A stretch of DNA of 64,000 bases from Sedimentisphaerales bacterium (GTDB taxonomy: Bacteria; Planctomycetota; Phycisphaerae; Sedimentisphaerales; Anaerobacaceae), in assembly GCA_040772485.1 (NCBI GenBank), contig JAXGYC010000008.1, positions 32,001 through 96,000 on the forward strand. The letters run 5' to 3'. The translations under genes were made by a program, and so were the position numbers. Shown piece after piece: positions 8,506 to 16,638 of this stretch. The notes beneath the pieces were generated by a model. It was not told where the DNA came from, did no database searches, and worked only from the letters and a program-made list of their open reading frames with translations. The first letter of the stretch is position 1. The number at the start of each line of letters is the position of its first letter.

Positions 8506-9366
8506 TCATTGCTTGCCTGGCCATAGCTGGCCGTAGCTGGCCAGTTGGATGTTCCGTGCTTTGATGACCTCTTTGACCCGCTCGCTGGTGAAGGACCGGG
8601 TGACGCCGTCGCGATGGGCCGCGACGTTCCAGTAGCCCTCGTGCCCGATCGCCCGCATTTCGTCGGTGTCGAGGCCCGGATGCTCGACGAGGATCCAGAT
8701 GCCCGGCTTGAGCTCCTGGAGCGCCTTGACCAGCGCCGCCTCGCGCTGTTCGGCGGTCGTGTTGTTGTCGGCGGGCCAGCGGAACCACTGGGCGCCGGGC
8801 GTCTCGATCGGCAGCTTGTACTCGGCCGCCAGCTTCTGCGCCAGCGTTCGCAGCTCCGGCGTGCTGGTCGGCGTGCCCATGTGGCTGCTCAGATGCGAGA
8901 CCTGCGGGATGTGCTTTTTGGCCAGCTCGATCTGGGCCCGCAGCTCCTTCTCGACCTCGTGGATGTTCCACTTGGAACCGAGGAAATCCCGATTCGTCGG
9001 GAAGAAGTAGCCGCTCGAATCGACCAGGCTCGGCGCCTGCGTGATCGGGCCCCACTTGTAGTTGGCCCACTCGCTGGTCAGCGTCAGGTGCACACCGACG
9101 TCGTAGCCCGGCGTCTCGCGCAGCATCGCGGCCGCCTCGTTGAACCACGGGCACGGAACCATCACCTCGACGCTCCGCGCGATCCCGTCGCGGAAGCTGC
9201 GGATGCACGCGACGTTGGCCGCGTGAGCCGAACCGATGTCGTCGGCCCGCACGATCAGCTTGATCGGCTCGGCCGCCTGACGTGCCTGAGCCGGCCCGGT
9301 ACCCGCCGCCAGCGGCATCGCCGCCAACACCCCCGCCGTCCGCAAACAAAACTGCCTTCTGTCCAT
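8506..9366 (-). CDS. ChbG/YdjC-family carbohydrate deacetylase, Tat-exported
   Basis: Twin-Arg RRQF signal; IVRADDIG, GVHLTLTSEW, SHLSSHMG, VEHPG. Confidence 0.88.
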   Translation of the reverse strand: MDRRQFCLRTAGVLAAMPLAAGTGPAQARQAAEPIKLIVRADDIGSAHAANVACIRSFRDGIARSVEVMVPCPWFNEAAAMLRETPGYDVGVHLTLTSEWANYKWGPITQAPSLVDSSGYFFPTNRDFLGSKWNIHEVEKELRAQIELAKKHIPQVSHLSSHMGTPTSTPELRTLAQKLAAEYKLPIETPGAQWFRWPADNNTTAEQREAALVKALQELKPGIWILVEHPGLDTDEMRAIGHEGYWNVAAHRDGVTRSFTSERVKEVIKARNIQLASYGQLWPGKQ

Positions 9367-9463
9367 CGCACGCCCCCCTTAAGAAGAACCTTGGAAGATC
9401 GTTGATTACTGCCTCTGCTATGCGACAAAGCCCGCTCGCAGTGACCCGCCGCGGCGGGTTCCC

Positions 9464-9557
9464 GTTCGTAGTGGCGTCGTGAGACGCTACCTTCAAGAAC
9501 ATGTATGCTTTCACGAGCATACTACAAACCGTATGCCCTTACGGGCACACTACGAAC
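9464..9557. repeat. Three 27-bp GTAG-type REP-like palindromes
   Basis: GTTCGTAGTGGCGTCGTGAGACGCTAC (9464-9490, +), GTATGCTTTCACGAGCATACTACAAAC (9503-9529, -), GTATGCCCTTACGGGCACACTACGAAC (9531-9557, -); the same family recurs at 30646-30763. Confidence 0.8.
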
Positions 9558-9700
9558 ACATTGTAGTCCCGCCCACTCCCCAGGCAACCACTTTGCCGAT
9601 CAGCCACCACCTCGCGCCCTCGTTTCTCTTTGCGTTCCGATTTGGCGGGACTACAATCTGCCGGCAGATTGAACATGGCGTTTTTGGAAGGACGGACGGT

Positions 9701-11059
9701 ATGCGTCGAGAATGCGTGGGGGTGTCGGGACGGTTGGTGGTGATAGCATTGTGTGTGGTGGGGATGTGCTGGTCGATCTGCGGCGAGATGGCTTCGGGGG
9801 CGGAGGATCGCGCGTTGGGGGTCGCGGCGAGCAATCGGCCGATGCGAACCGTGCGGACGCTGGTTCTGACCGTCGGGCAGACGGAGGGCGATCTGCGAGG
9901 CACGGACGACAAGGCCATCCAGGCGGGGGTGGACTATTTGCACCGCTTGGGCGGCGGAACACTGCACATCCTGCCGGGGGTTTACGAGGTGAAGAACGCC
10001 ATCTATCTGCACCCCCACATCACCGTGAGCGGCTCGGGCGAGCGAACCGTTCTGCGAAAGAGCGCCGGCGTGGTGACGAAGCTGGTCCGCGATTCGGACT
10101 GGTACGAGTACGGCGTCGAGGTGGACGATCCAGCGGGCTTTGCACCCGGCGGCGGCATCATGCTCCGAACGAGCACCGGTCCGGGCCAGTGGCAATACGA
10201 TGTCCTGCGGGCGACGATCACGGCGGTCGAAGGCAAGGTCCTCTTTCTGGACCGGATGACCCGGAAGAACTTCTGGATCCAGGACGACGCCACCGCGGCG
10301 ACTCTTTTCCCGATCCTCACCGCCGAAGGCGTCGACGACGTGCATATCGAGAACCTCGTGCTCGACGGCAACCGCGACCGCAACGAGAACGTCAACGGCA
10401 ACTTCGCCGGAGCGGTGTTCATCCAGGGCTGCAATCGCTGGCGGTTCACGAACGTGGTGGCCCGCAACTACAACGGCGACGGCTTCAGCTTTCAGGTCTG
10501 CGACGATGTCCACTTCGAGGACTGCCAGGCGCTGAACAACGCCGATCTCGGGTTCCATCCGGGCAGCGGCTCGCAGCGCCCGGTCTTTCGCGGCTGCACC
10601 GCCGAGGGCAACAGCCAGGGCATCTTCTTCTGCTGGGCGGTCTCGGACGGGCTGGTGGAGGACTGCACCCTCTCGGAGAACGGCCGCTTCGGCATCAGCA
10701 TCGGGCACCGCGACACCGACAACATCGTGCGGAGCTGCACCATCGAGCGAAACGGCGAGGTGGGCATCCTCTTCCGGGCGGAGGTCGGCGAGTTCCGCTG
10801 CGGCCACCGCAACCGGATCGAGGGCTGCACGATCCGCGACAACGGCGCCCAGGAGCCGGGGGTCGGGATCGACATCCGGGGCCAGACCCGCGACATCACG
10901 ATCCGCGACACCCGGCTGGAGAACACCGCAACCGGCCGTCAGCGAACGGGAATCCGCATCGGCAGCCAAGCCGGGGCGGTTTCCCTGCAAGGCAACACGT
11001 ACGAAGGCTGCCCTGTGGCTGTCGAGGACCTGCGATCGCAGGAGAACAGCCCACGGTAG
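9701..11059 (+). CDS. Secreted right-handed parallel beta-helix protein (pectin lyase-like fold)
   Basis: AIQAGVD...GGGTLHILPGVY; repeated N/G/I-rich coils (NYNGDGFSF, NADLGFHPG, NGRFGISIG). Start moved from 9479 because the extension lies in REP repeats and TTGCGT-16-TACAAT sits at 9630-9657. Confidence 0.82.
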   Translation: MRRECVGVSGRLVVIALCVVGMCWSICGEMASGAEDRALGVAASNRPMRTVRTLVLTVGQTEGDLRGTDDKAIQAGVDYLHRLGGGTLHILPGVYEVKNAIYLHPHITVSGSGERTVLRKSAGVVTKLVRDSDWYEYGVEVDDPAGFAPGGGIMLRTSTGPGQWQYDVLRATITAVEGKVLFLDRMTRKNFWIQDDATAATLFPILTAEGVDDVHIENLVLDGNRDRNENVNGNFAGAVFIQGCNRWRFTNVVARNYNGDGFSFQVCDDVHFEDCQALNNADLGFHPGSGSQRPVFRGCTAEGNSQGIFFCWAVSDGLVEDCTLSENGRFGISIGHRDTDNIVRSCTIERNGEVGILFRAEVGEFRCGHRNRIEGCTIRDNGAQEPGVGIDIRGQTRDITIRDTRLENTATGRQRTGIRIGSQAGAVSLQGNTYEGCPVAVEDLRSQENSPR

Positions 11060-11114
11060 CCATGCGAAACCTCGCGCCCGGGCCCCAAAGGGCAATCGCC
11101 TCAGAATATGGTGA

Positions 11115-11143
11115 TTGACGGCGGGCGAGGTAGGGTATAGAAT
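11115..11143 (+). promoter_or_regulatory. Sigma70-like promoter
   Basis: TTGACG-17nt-TAGAAT; implies a leader of about 445 nt before ATG 11596. Confidence 0.65.
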
Positions 11144-11595
11144 GGTCTTGTCATTTGTCATCCAGAAAGACGTGGTCCGGAGGCTGGAGATGCGACAATG
11201 GCGGTTGTTGGCGCCCTGAAAGGGGCCGGAGACCGGAGTGAGGAGTCCCGCCCAGGCGGCATTTGCGCCCATGCCACAGGTTCATTCAGAAGCTTGCTGG
11301 TGGTGGCGCTGCGCCGTCTCCGTGCCCTCCGGACGATATAGCGACCTGCGGAAGTCTTTTCCCGATCTGTGATACGAATACCGATGGAGGCAGAGGGATC
11401 TGCGGAGGTTGACGAGCTCTCGGTGGCAGCGCGGCGATGCGCGCACCGCCGCGCAGACACAACGCGCTTCAGAATCGGAAAGGAGGTGTTGCCCCGACAC
11501 AGCGTTGGTGAACAGAATCGGTCATTGCACGGTTTGGTCCTGTCGTGATTCTGCCAAACCCTTTCCACACCATTTTTTGGACGAGGAGATGAGGT

Positions 11596-14403
11596 ATGTT
11601 TAGCAGACGAATGATGACTGTAGCATGGGCCCTGCTGGTGTCTCTGGCGTTGGTCTGCCAGGCGCAGGATCCCGGTGCGGCCAGTGCGCCGAGTCCCGCC
11701 GACGGCGGCCAGGGGGTCCCGACGGACGGAATCGTCCTGAGCTGGACCATCGGCGCCGACGCGGTCTTGCACAACGTTTACTTCGGCACGGACGCGGCGG
11801 CGGTCGAGGCCAGGGACGCGAGCACCGCCATCCGCTCGATGTCGCTGGCGACGGAGATCGAGCTCGATGCCCTGGAGCCGATGACCACGTACTACTGGGC
11901 GGTGGATGAGTGGTCCGCGACCGGGGCCACGTTCGCCGGAGCGGTCTGGAGCTTCACCACGTTCGATCCCGCCGAAGCGGGCATCCTGGCGGAGTATTGG
12001 GCGAACATGGGCCTCGAGGGCGAGCCGGCCGTGGTGACGGTTGTCAATGAAATCAACAAGGACTGGGGCGACGGGGCCGTCCCCGGCGAGAACTCGCCCG
12101 ATCCGGCCATCCCGGTCGATGGGTTCTCCTGCCGCTGGAGCGCCGCGCTGGTTGTCCTGAAGTCGGGCGCGTACACGTTCTATTCCGCTTCCGACGACGG
12201 GGCCAGGTTGTTCCTCAACGGCGTGGCGATCACCGATGGCTGGTACGATCGCGGCACGACCGAAGACGCCTCGGCGCCGCAAGAGTTGGTGGCTGGCGAA
12301 ACGTACTTGCTGGTCATGGAAATGTACGAGAACGGCGGCGGCGCCAGCGCATTCCTGCGTTGGGAAGGCCCCGGCATCGCCAAGCAGGTCCTTACGGCGG
12401 GCGCCTTGCAGATCCCGAAGATGGCGATTTCTCCCAGCCCGGCCGTCGGCGCGACGGCGGTGAAGAACACGCCGACTCTGAGTTGGCGGGCCAGCGACGC
12501 CGCGGTGGCCCACGACGTCTATCTGGGCACCGACCGGGACCTGGTCGCGGCGGGCGACGCCAGTGTCTACCTGGGCCGCGTGGAGGCCACCAGCTTCCAG
12601 ATCGGCGATGCCCTCCAGGGCGAGACCGAGTACTTCTGGAAAGTGGATGAAGTGGCCGCGGACGAGACGATCGTTCCGGGTCTGGTCTGGAGCTTTACGG
12701 TCGTTGCCGACGTGCTCACCTCGCCGCAGGCTTGGGCGAATGCCGTTGCCCTGGCCGGTCCGGGCTTCTTCGCCACCGACGTAGCTGACGGTGTCTACGA
12801 CATCGGCGCATTCGGCGGCGAGATGACCTACGAGTTCATCGTCAAGAGCAACCCGCTGGAGACGCAGGCCAGCATGTGCCTGATCGGCCGCAGAGACTTC
12901 GGCGACACCGAGATGGGCCTGAAGTACGAGCAGTGGAACAACACCGGCACCTACGGCGCGACCACCTTCGGCGTGGCCGACTATGACTTCGGTGTGGCCA
13001 ACACGCCCGGACTCTTCACCCATCTGGTCTTCGTCGCCAGCGCTGAGGCGGGCACGACGGACCTGTACGTCAACGGCGCCTACAAGGGCAGCGTGGCGGC
13101 CGCCATCACCCTCTCGGGCCTGGTGGGCATCGGCTACGGCGCCCAGGATCGCGAGGGCGCGGATCCCTTCTTCGATGACTTCGACGGCGAGATCTTCGGC
13201 GTGGCGATCTACGACCGCGCTCTATCCAAGGGCGAGATCCGCGTGAACGCCGACACATACCTCGAAAAAGGTCCGTCGGACATCACCGCTGCCGGCGACG
13301 CCGTCCAGGGCGTGCCGAACGACGGGGATTGGCCCGGCGCCGAGACGCCCGATCTGGCGATCGACGACAACGTGGCCACGAAGTACCTGCACTTCAAGGG
13401 CGAGACCGAGCCGACCGGGTTCCAGGTCACGCCGGCCCTCGGCGCGACGGTGGTCACGGGGCTGACCCTGACGACCGCCAACGACGCCGTGGAGCGCGAC
13501 CCGATTGCGTTCGAGCTTTACGGCTCCAATGAGAGCATCGATGGACCGTATGCGCTGATCGCCTCCGGCGAAGTGGCCGATTTCAATCAGGTCGATGCCT
13601 GGCCGCGATTCACCAAGACCGTCACGCCGATCGAGTTCGAGAACGCGGTCGCGTACACGTACTATCAGGTCATGTTCCCGGCCGTTCGCGATCCGGGTTC
13701 GGCCAACAGCATGCAGATCGCCGAGGTCGAGCTGATCGGCGTGCCTGCTGCGAACGTGCTGTTCGCAGAAGACTTCGAAGGGCTGCCTCTGGGCCCGAAT
13801 GTGGATGAGGTCGTGGCTGGCGATGCCGTCTGGACGAAGACCGCTCCGGAAGGCTGGCTCATCGACGACAGCGGCATGCCCGGGGTCGGTGATCCGGCGA
13901 TGGACGGCGTGACCGAATGGGCCGGCTGGAGCTTTGCCAGCAAGGACTGGTGGGTGCAGGCCGCCGAGGATCAGGATCGGTCGAAGTTCACGCTCGGAAC
14001 CGGCATCGTGGCCATTGCCGATGCGGACGAATGGGACGACCAGGATCACGCGGAAGGCTGGTACGACAGCTTCCTCAGCACGCCGATCATCGATCTGGCC
14101 GGCGTCGAGGCGGGCATGCTGCAACTGCGGTTTGACTCGAGCTGGCGTCCGGAGTTCGACGACGACTATCACCAGACCGCGAAGATCACGGTCTCCTTCG
14201 ACGGAGGAGATCCGGTGGAGGTGCTCCTGTGGGAATCGGATGAGAGCAGTCCGAACTACAAGCCCTACGCCACCAACGAATCGGTGGCCGTCGCGATTCC
14301 CAAGCCGGCAGGCGCCCAGAACATGGTCGTGACCTTCGGCCTGGTCGAGGCCGGAAACGACTGGTGGTGGGCGGTCGACAACGTGGAGATCACCTACTAC
14401 TAA
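11596..14403 (+). CDS. Large acidic secreted multidomain protein (Ig-like, PA14, LamG-like, discoidin/F5-8-like)
   Basis: Signal peptide; LSW...HNVYFGTD...YYWAVDE repeats; PA14 FSCRWS...YTFYSASDDGARLFLNG; LamG LYVNG...AIYDRALS; AIDDNVATKY...MQIAEVEL. Confidence 0.85.
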   Translation: MFSRRMMTVAWALLVSLALVCQAQDPGAASAPSPADGGQGVPTDGIVLSWTIGADAVLHNVYFGTDAAAVEARDASTAIRSMSLATEIELDALEPMTTYYWAVDEWSATGATFAGAVWSFTTFDPAEAGILAEYWANMGLEGEPAVVTVVNEINKDWGDGAVPGENSPDPAIPVDGFSCRWSAALVVLKSGAYTFYSASDDGARLFLNGVAITDGWYDRGTTEDASAPQELVAGETYLLVMEMYENGGGASAFLRWEGPGIAKQVLTAGALQIPKMAISPSPAVGATAVKNTPTLSWRASDAAVAHDVYLGTDRDLVAAGDASVYLGRVEATSFQIGDALQGETEYFWKVDEVAADETIVPGLVWSFTVVADVLTSPQAWANAVALAGPGFFATDVADGVYDIGAFGGEMTYEFIVKSNPLETQASMCLIGRRDFGDTEMGLKYEQWNNTGTYGATTFGVADYDFGVANTPGLFTHLVFVASAEAGTTDLYVNGAYKGSVAAAITLSGLVGIGYGAQDREGADPFFDDFDGEIFGVAIYDRALSKGEIRVNADTYLEKGPSDITAAGDAVQGVPNDGDWPGAETPDLAIDDNVATKYLHFKGETEPTGFQVTPALGATVVTGLTLTTANDAVERDPIAFELYGSNESIDGPYALIASGEVADFNQVDAWPRFTKTVTPIEFENAVAYTYYQVMFPAVRDPGSANSMQIAEVELIGVPAANVLFAEDFEGLPLGPNVDEVVAGDAVWTKTAPEGWLIDDSGMPGVGDPAMDGVTEWAGWSFASKDWWVQAAEDQDRSKFTLGTGIVAIADADEWDDQDHAEGWYDSFLSTPIIDLAGVEAGMLQLRFDSSWRPEFDDDYHQTAKITVSFDGGDPVEVLLWESDESSPNYKPYATNESVAVAIPKPAGAQNMVVTFGLVEAGNDWWWAVDNVEITYY

Positions 14404-14432
14404 ACCGAGTTGTCCGTTTCAGAGAAGTGTCC

Positions 14433-14475
14433 AAACGGGGGTCTGCGGCACGAACGCAGACCCCCCTGTCTTTTT
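14433..14475 (+). terminator. Rho-independent terminator
   Basis: GGGGGTCTGCG-loop-CGCAGACCCCC followed by TGTCTTTTT, about 30 nt after the stop. Confidence 0.8.
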
Positions 14476-14615
14476 GGCATACCGAGCGTCTCAAATCCGG
14501 CTGCATTCTCCGGCGCAGACGGCATTGCCCACCATGCCGCTTTGCAGTAGACTGGTTCCCGTAATCGATACAGGAACGCACTGACACGGATTGGGATTCA
14601 TCCGTGCGCTCTGCC

Positions 14616-14731
14616 TTGTCGTCCTGAACGAAGTGAAGAGCCTGCCCTGAGCTTGCCGAAGGGATCTGGGCGGCGAATGAGAAGAACGTTTCATACCATG
14701 ACCAGATCCTTCGCGAGGCTCAGGATGACAA
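14616..14731. repeat. TGTC...GACA palindromic element carrying a nested 24-bp insert
   Basis: Left arm TTGTCGTCCTGAACGAAGTGAAG^GATCTGG pairs with right arm CCAGATCCTTCGCGAGGCTCAGGATGACAA; insert AGCCTGCCCTGAGCTTGCCGAAGG at 14639-14662. Confidence 0.8.
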
Positions 14732-14834
14732 AGTCACTTCCGCGCAAGGACTTTTCCTAGTCCGTATGAGAGACGGTCCGAAGCAGCCGCATGGAGCTTC
14801 GCGATTTCGTTGTGTTCGAGACGAGGAGAATCCG

Positions 14835-16286
14835 ATGAACCGACACGAGACCATTCTGATTGCCGCCGTATGCTTGGCTCTGGTCCTCACCGCGTGGGGC
14901 CGACCGGCCGCAGCCGGCGCCGACGTCGTCAGGGTCGTGCCCGAAGAGACGGACGAGTTGCTGGCCAATTCGGGCATGGGTTGGCAGACCTTCCATCACA
15001 CGCGGGACCAGGACAGAAACCTGCCGGATTGGATTCCGTCGACCGTCCACTACGCGCGGTGGGGCTGGGGCCAGATCGAACCGCGTCCGGGCGAGATCGA
15101 TCACGCCTTTCTCGACCGCGTTCTGGAACAGACGCGTGCCGCCGGCCAGAGACTGGCGTTTCGCGTCATGTGTTGCTCGACGTCGCCCGGCAGACCCTAT
15201 CACCCGGACTGGCTCGACGACGTCGGCGGCCGCATCATCATCGCCGACTACAGCAATCAGAAGGAACTGCCCATTCCTGACCTGGATGATCCGGAAGTGC
15301 TGGCCAGGCACCTGGATTTCGTCCGGCGACTGGGCGCTCGTTACGACGGCCACTCGGACATCGATCACGTCGACCTGGGCACCGTGGGCTGGTGGGGTGA
15401 ATGGCACATGAGCAGCTCCACGGTTGCCAGGATGCCGACCGTGGAGAATCGCAGGCAGATCATCGACGCCTACGCGAATGCCTTCAAAAAGACCCCGCTG
15501 GTGATGCTCATCGGCGACTCGGAGAGCCTGGCCTACGCGGCCGAACGCGGGGCCGGATGGCGAGCCGATTGCCTGGGCGACATGGGCGGCTTCTCGAAGA
15601 CGTGGTGCCACATGTGCGACGCTTATCCTCAACTGGTGCGCAAGGCAGGCGTCGCAGACACCTGGAAGACGGCGCCGATCGCATGGGAAACGTGCTGGGA
15701 CATGCGGCGATGGGTCAGCGAAGGCTGGTCGCTGCGATACATCTTCAACTACGCCCTGGCCATGCACGGCTCGCACATCAACAACAAGTCCGCGCCTTTG
15801 CCGGCCGGCGATAACGTGCTTCAGGAGATCGAGCGGTTCCTCCGCCGGCTCGGGTACCGTCTCGTCCTGCGGGAGCTGAGCCACCCGAAGCAGGCCCGCC
15901 CGGGCGATTCGGTGACCATCGCGATGAAATGGCAGAACGCAGGCTCGGCCCCCTGCTACCGGCCGTATCGCCTGGCCTATCGGCTGATCGATGAGCAGGG
16001 CCGCAGCCGCGTGCTCCTCGGCAACGTCACCGTCGAAAAGTGGATGCCCGGCACGGTGGACATCTTCGACGAGGGATTCCTCGAAGAGCCGCCGGACCTG
16101 CCGCCCGGAGAGATCGTCAACGTCTCGGACCGCGTGACATTGCCGCCGGACCTGCACGCCGGGGAGTACTCTCTCGCCATCGCGATTGTCGGTGAACGCT
16201 CGACCGATCCGATAGTGAGACTCGCCATCAAGGGCCGAGATCAGGATGGATGGTATCTCCTAAGCGAGATCGTCGTCCGGCGGTAG
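14835..16286 (+). CDS. DUF4832-domain secreted protein (putative clan GH-A hydrolase)
   Basis: SD GAGGAG; signal peptide; LANSGMGW, YARWGWGQIEP, GWWGEWH, GWRADCLG, RRLGYRL, WQNAGSAPCY. Confidence 0.75.
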   Translation: MNRHETILIAAVCLALVLTAWGRPAAAGADVVRVVPEETDELLANSGMGWQTFHHTRDQDRNLPDWIPSTVHYARWGWGQIEPRPGEIDHAFLDRVLEQTRAAGQRLAFRVMCCSTSPGRPYHPDWLDDVGGRIIIADYSNQKELPIPDLDDPEVLARHLDFVRRLGARYDGHSDIDHVDLGTVGWWGEWHMSSSTVARMPTVENRRQIIDAYANAFKKTPLVMLIGDSESLAYAAERGAGWRADCLGDMGGFSKTWCHMCDAYPQLVRKAGVADTWKTAPIAWETCWDMRRWVSEGWSLRYIFNYALAMHGSHINNKSAPLPAGDNVLQEIERFLRRLGYRLVLRELSHPKQARPGDSVTIAMKWQNAGSAPCYRPYRLAYRLIDEQGRSRVLLGNVTVEKWMPGTVDIFDEGFLEEPPDLPPGEIVNVSDRVTLPPDLHAGEYSLAIAIVGERSTDPIVRLAIKGRDQDGWYLLSEIVVRR

Positions 16287-16395
16287 CTTCATCCGCGCGG
16301 GTCGAGAACAGAGCATATCCACAGGGCGGCGCCAGGTGTGACTGATGTCTCTGGTACAACGGAGCTGCATTTGCGGCAAAACACTGGACCGACTC

Positions 16396-16487
16396 TGTCA
16401 TTTCGAGCGCAGTCGAGAAATCCGGCCGCGAACGTGAGAGACCTGCTGTTCGGTGCCCAGATGCTTCGGCTTCGCCTCAGCATGACA
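16396..16487. repeat. TGTCA...TGACA palindromic element
   Basis: TGTCATTTCGAGCGCAGTCGAGAAATC ... AGATGCTTCGGCTTCGCCTCAGCATGACA; same style as the elements at 4805 and 14616. Confidence 0.75.
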
Positions 16488-16540
16488 AGTCAACAGGCCC
16501 TGCCAGATCACACGGGCGACGCACGCCCTGCGGCACGGAG

Positions 16541-16569
16541 TTGCCGGCCTCCGAAAGCTGCGATACAAT
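16541..16569 (+). promoter_or_regulatory. Sigma70-like promoter of the GH35 gene
   Basis: TTGCCG-17nt-TACAAT, 70 nt upstream of ATG 16639. Confidence 0.55.
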
Positions 16570-16638
16570 GCCGGGCGAAAACTCGGCCCCTGCCGAATCG
16601 AACGACAACGGCAAATCAATCAAGGTGGAGATATTCCT

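Noticed and set aside
9464..9557. Possible mini CRISPR array (three 27-bp related units)
   Set aside because: Units are in mixed orientation, diverged and separated by only 1-12 nt; no cas genes; the same unit occurs as a REP doublet at 30646-30763.
9479..9700. Long N-terminal extensions in the ORF track (also 21070, 22650, 24447, 35185, 39416, 43187, 55033)
   Set aside because: They run through repeats, promoters or neighbouring genes; downstream starts have SD sites, signal peptides or family-typical N-termini.
11265..11350. Cobalamin-riboswitch-like words GCCACAGG and GACCTGC
   Set aside because: The core AGGGAA, GCAACTGT and GGGAAG elements are not present in the right order; kept only as an unassigned structured leader.
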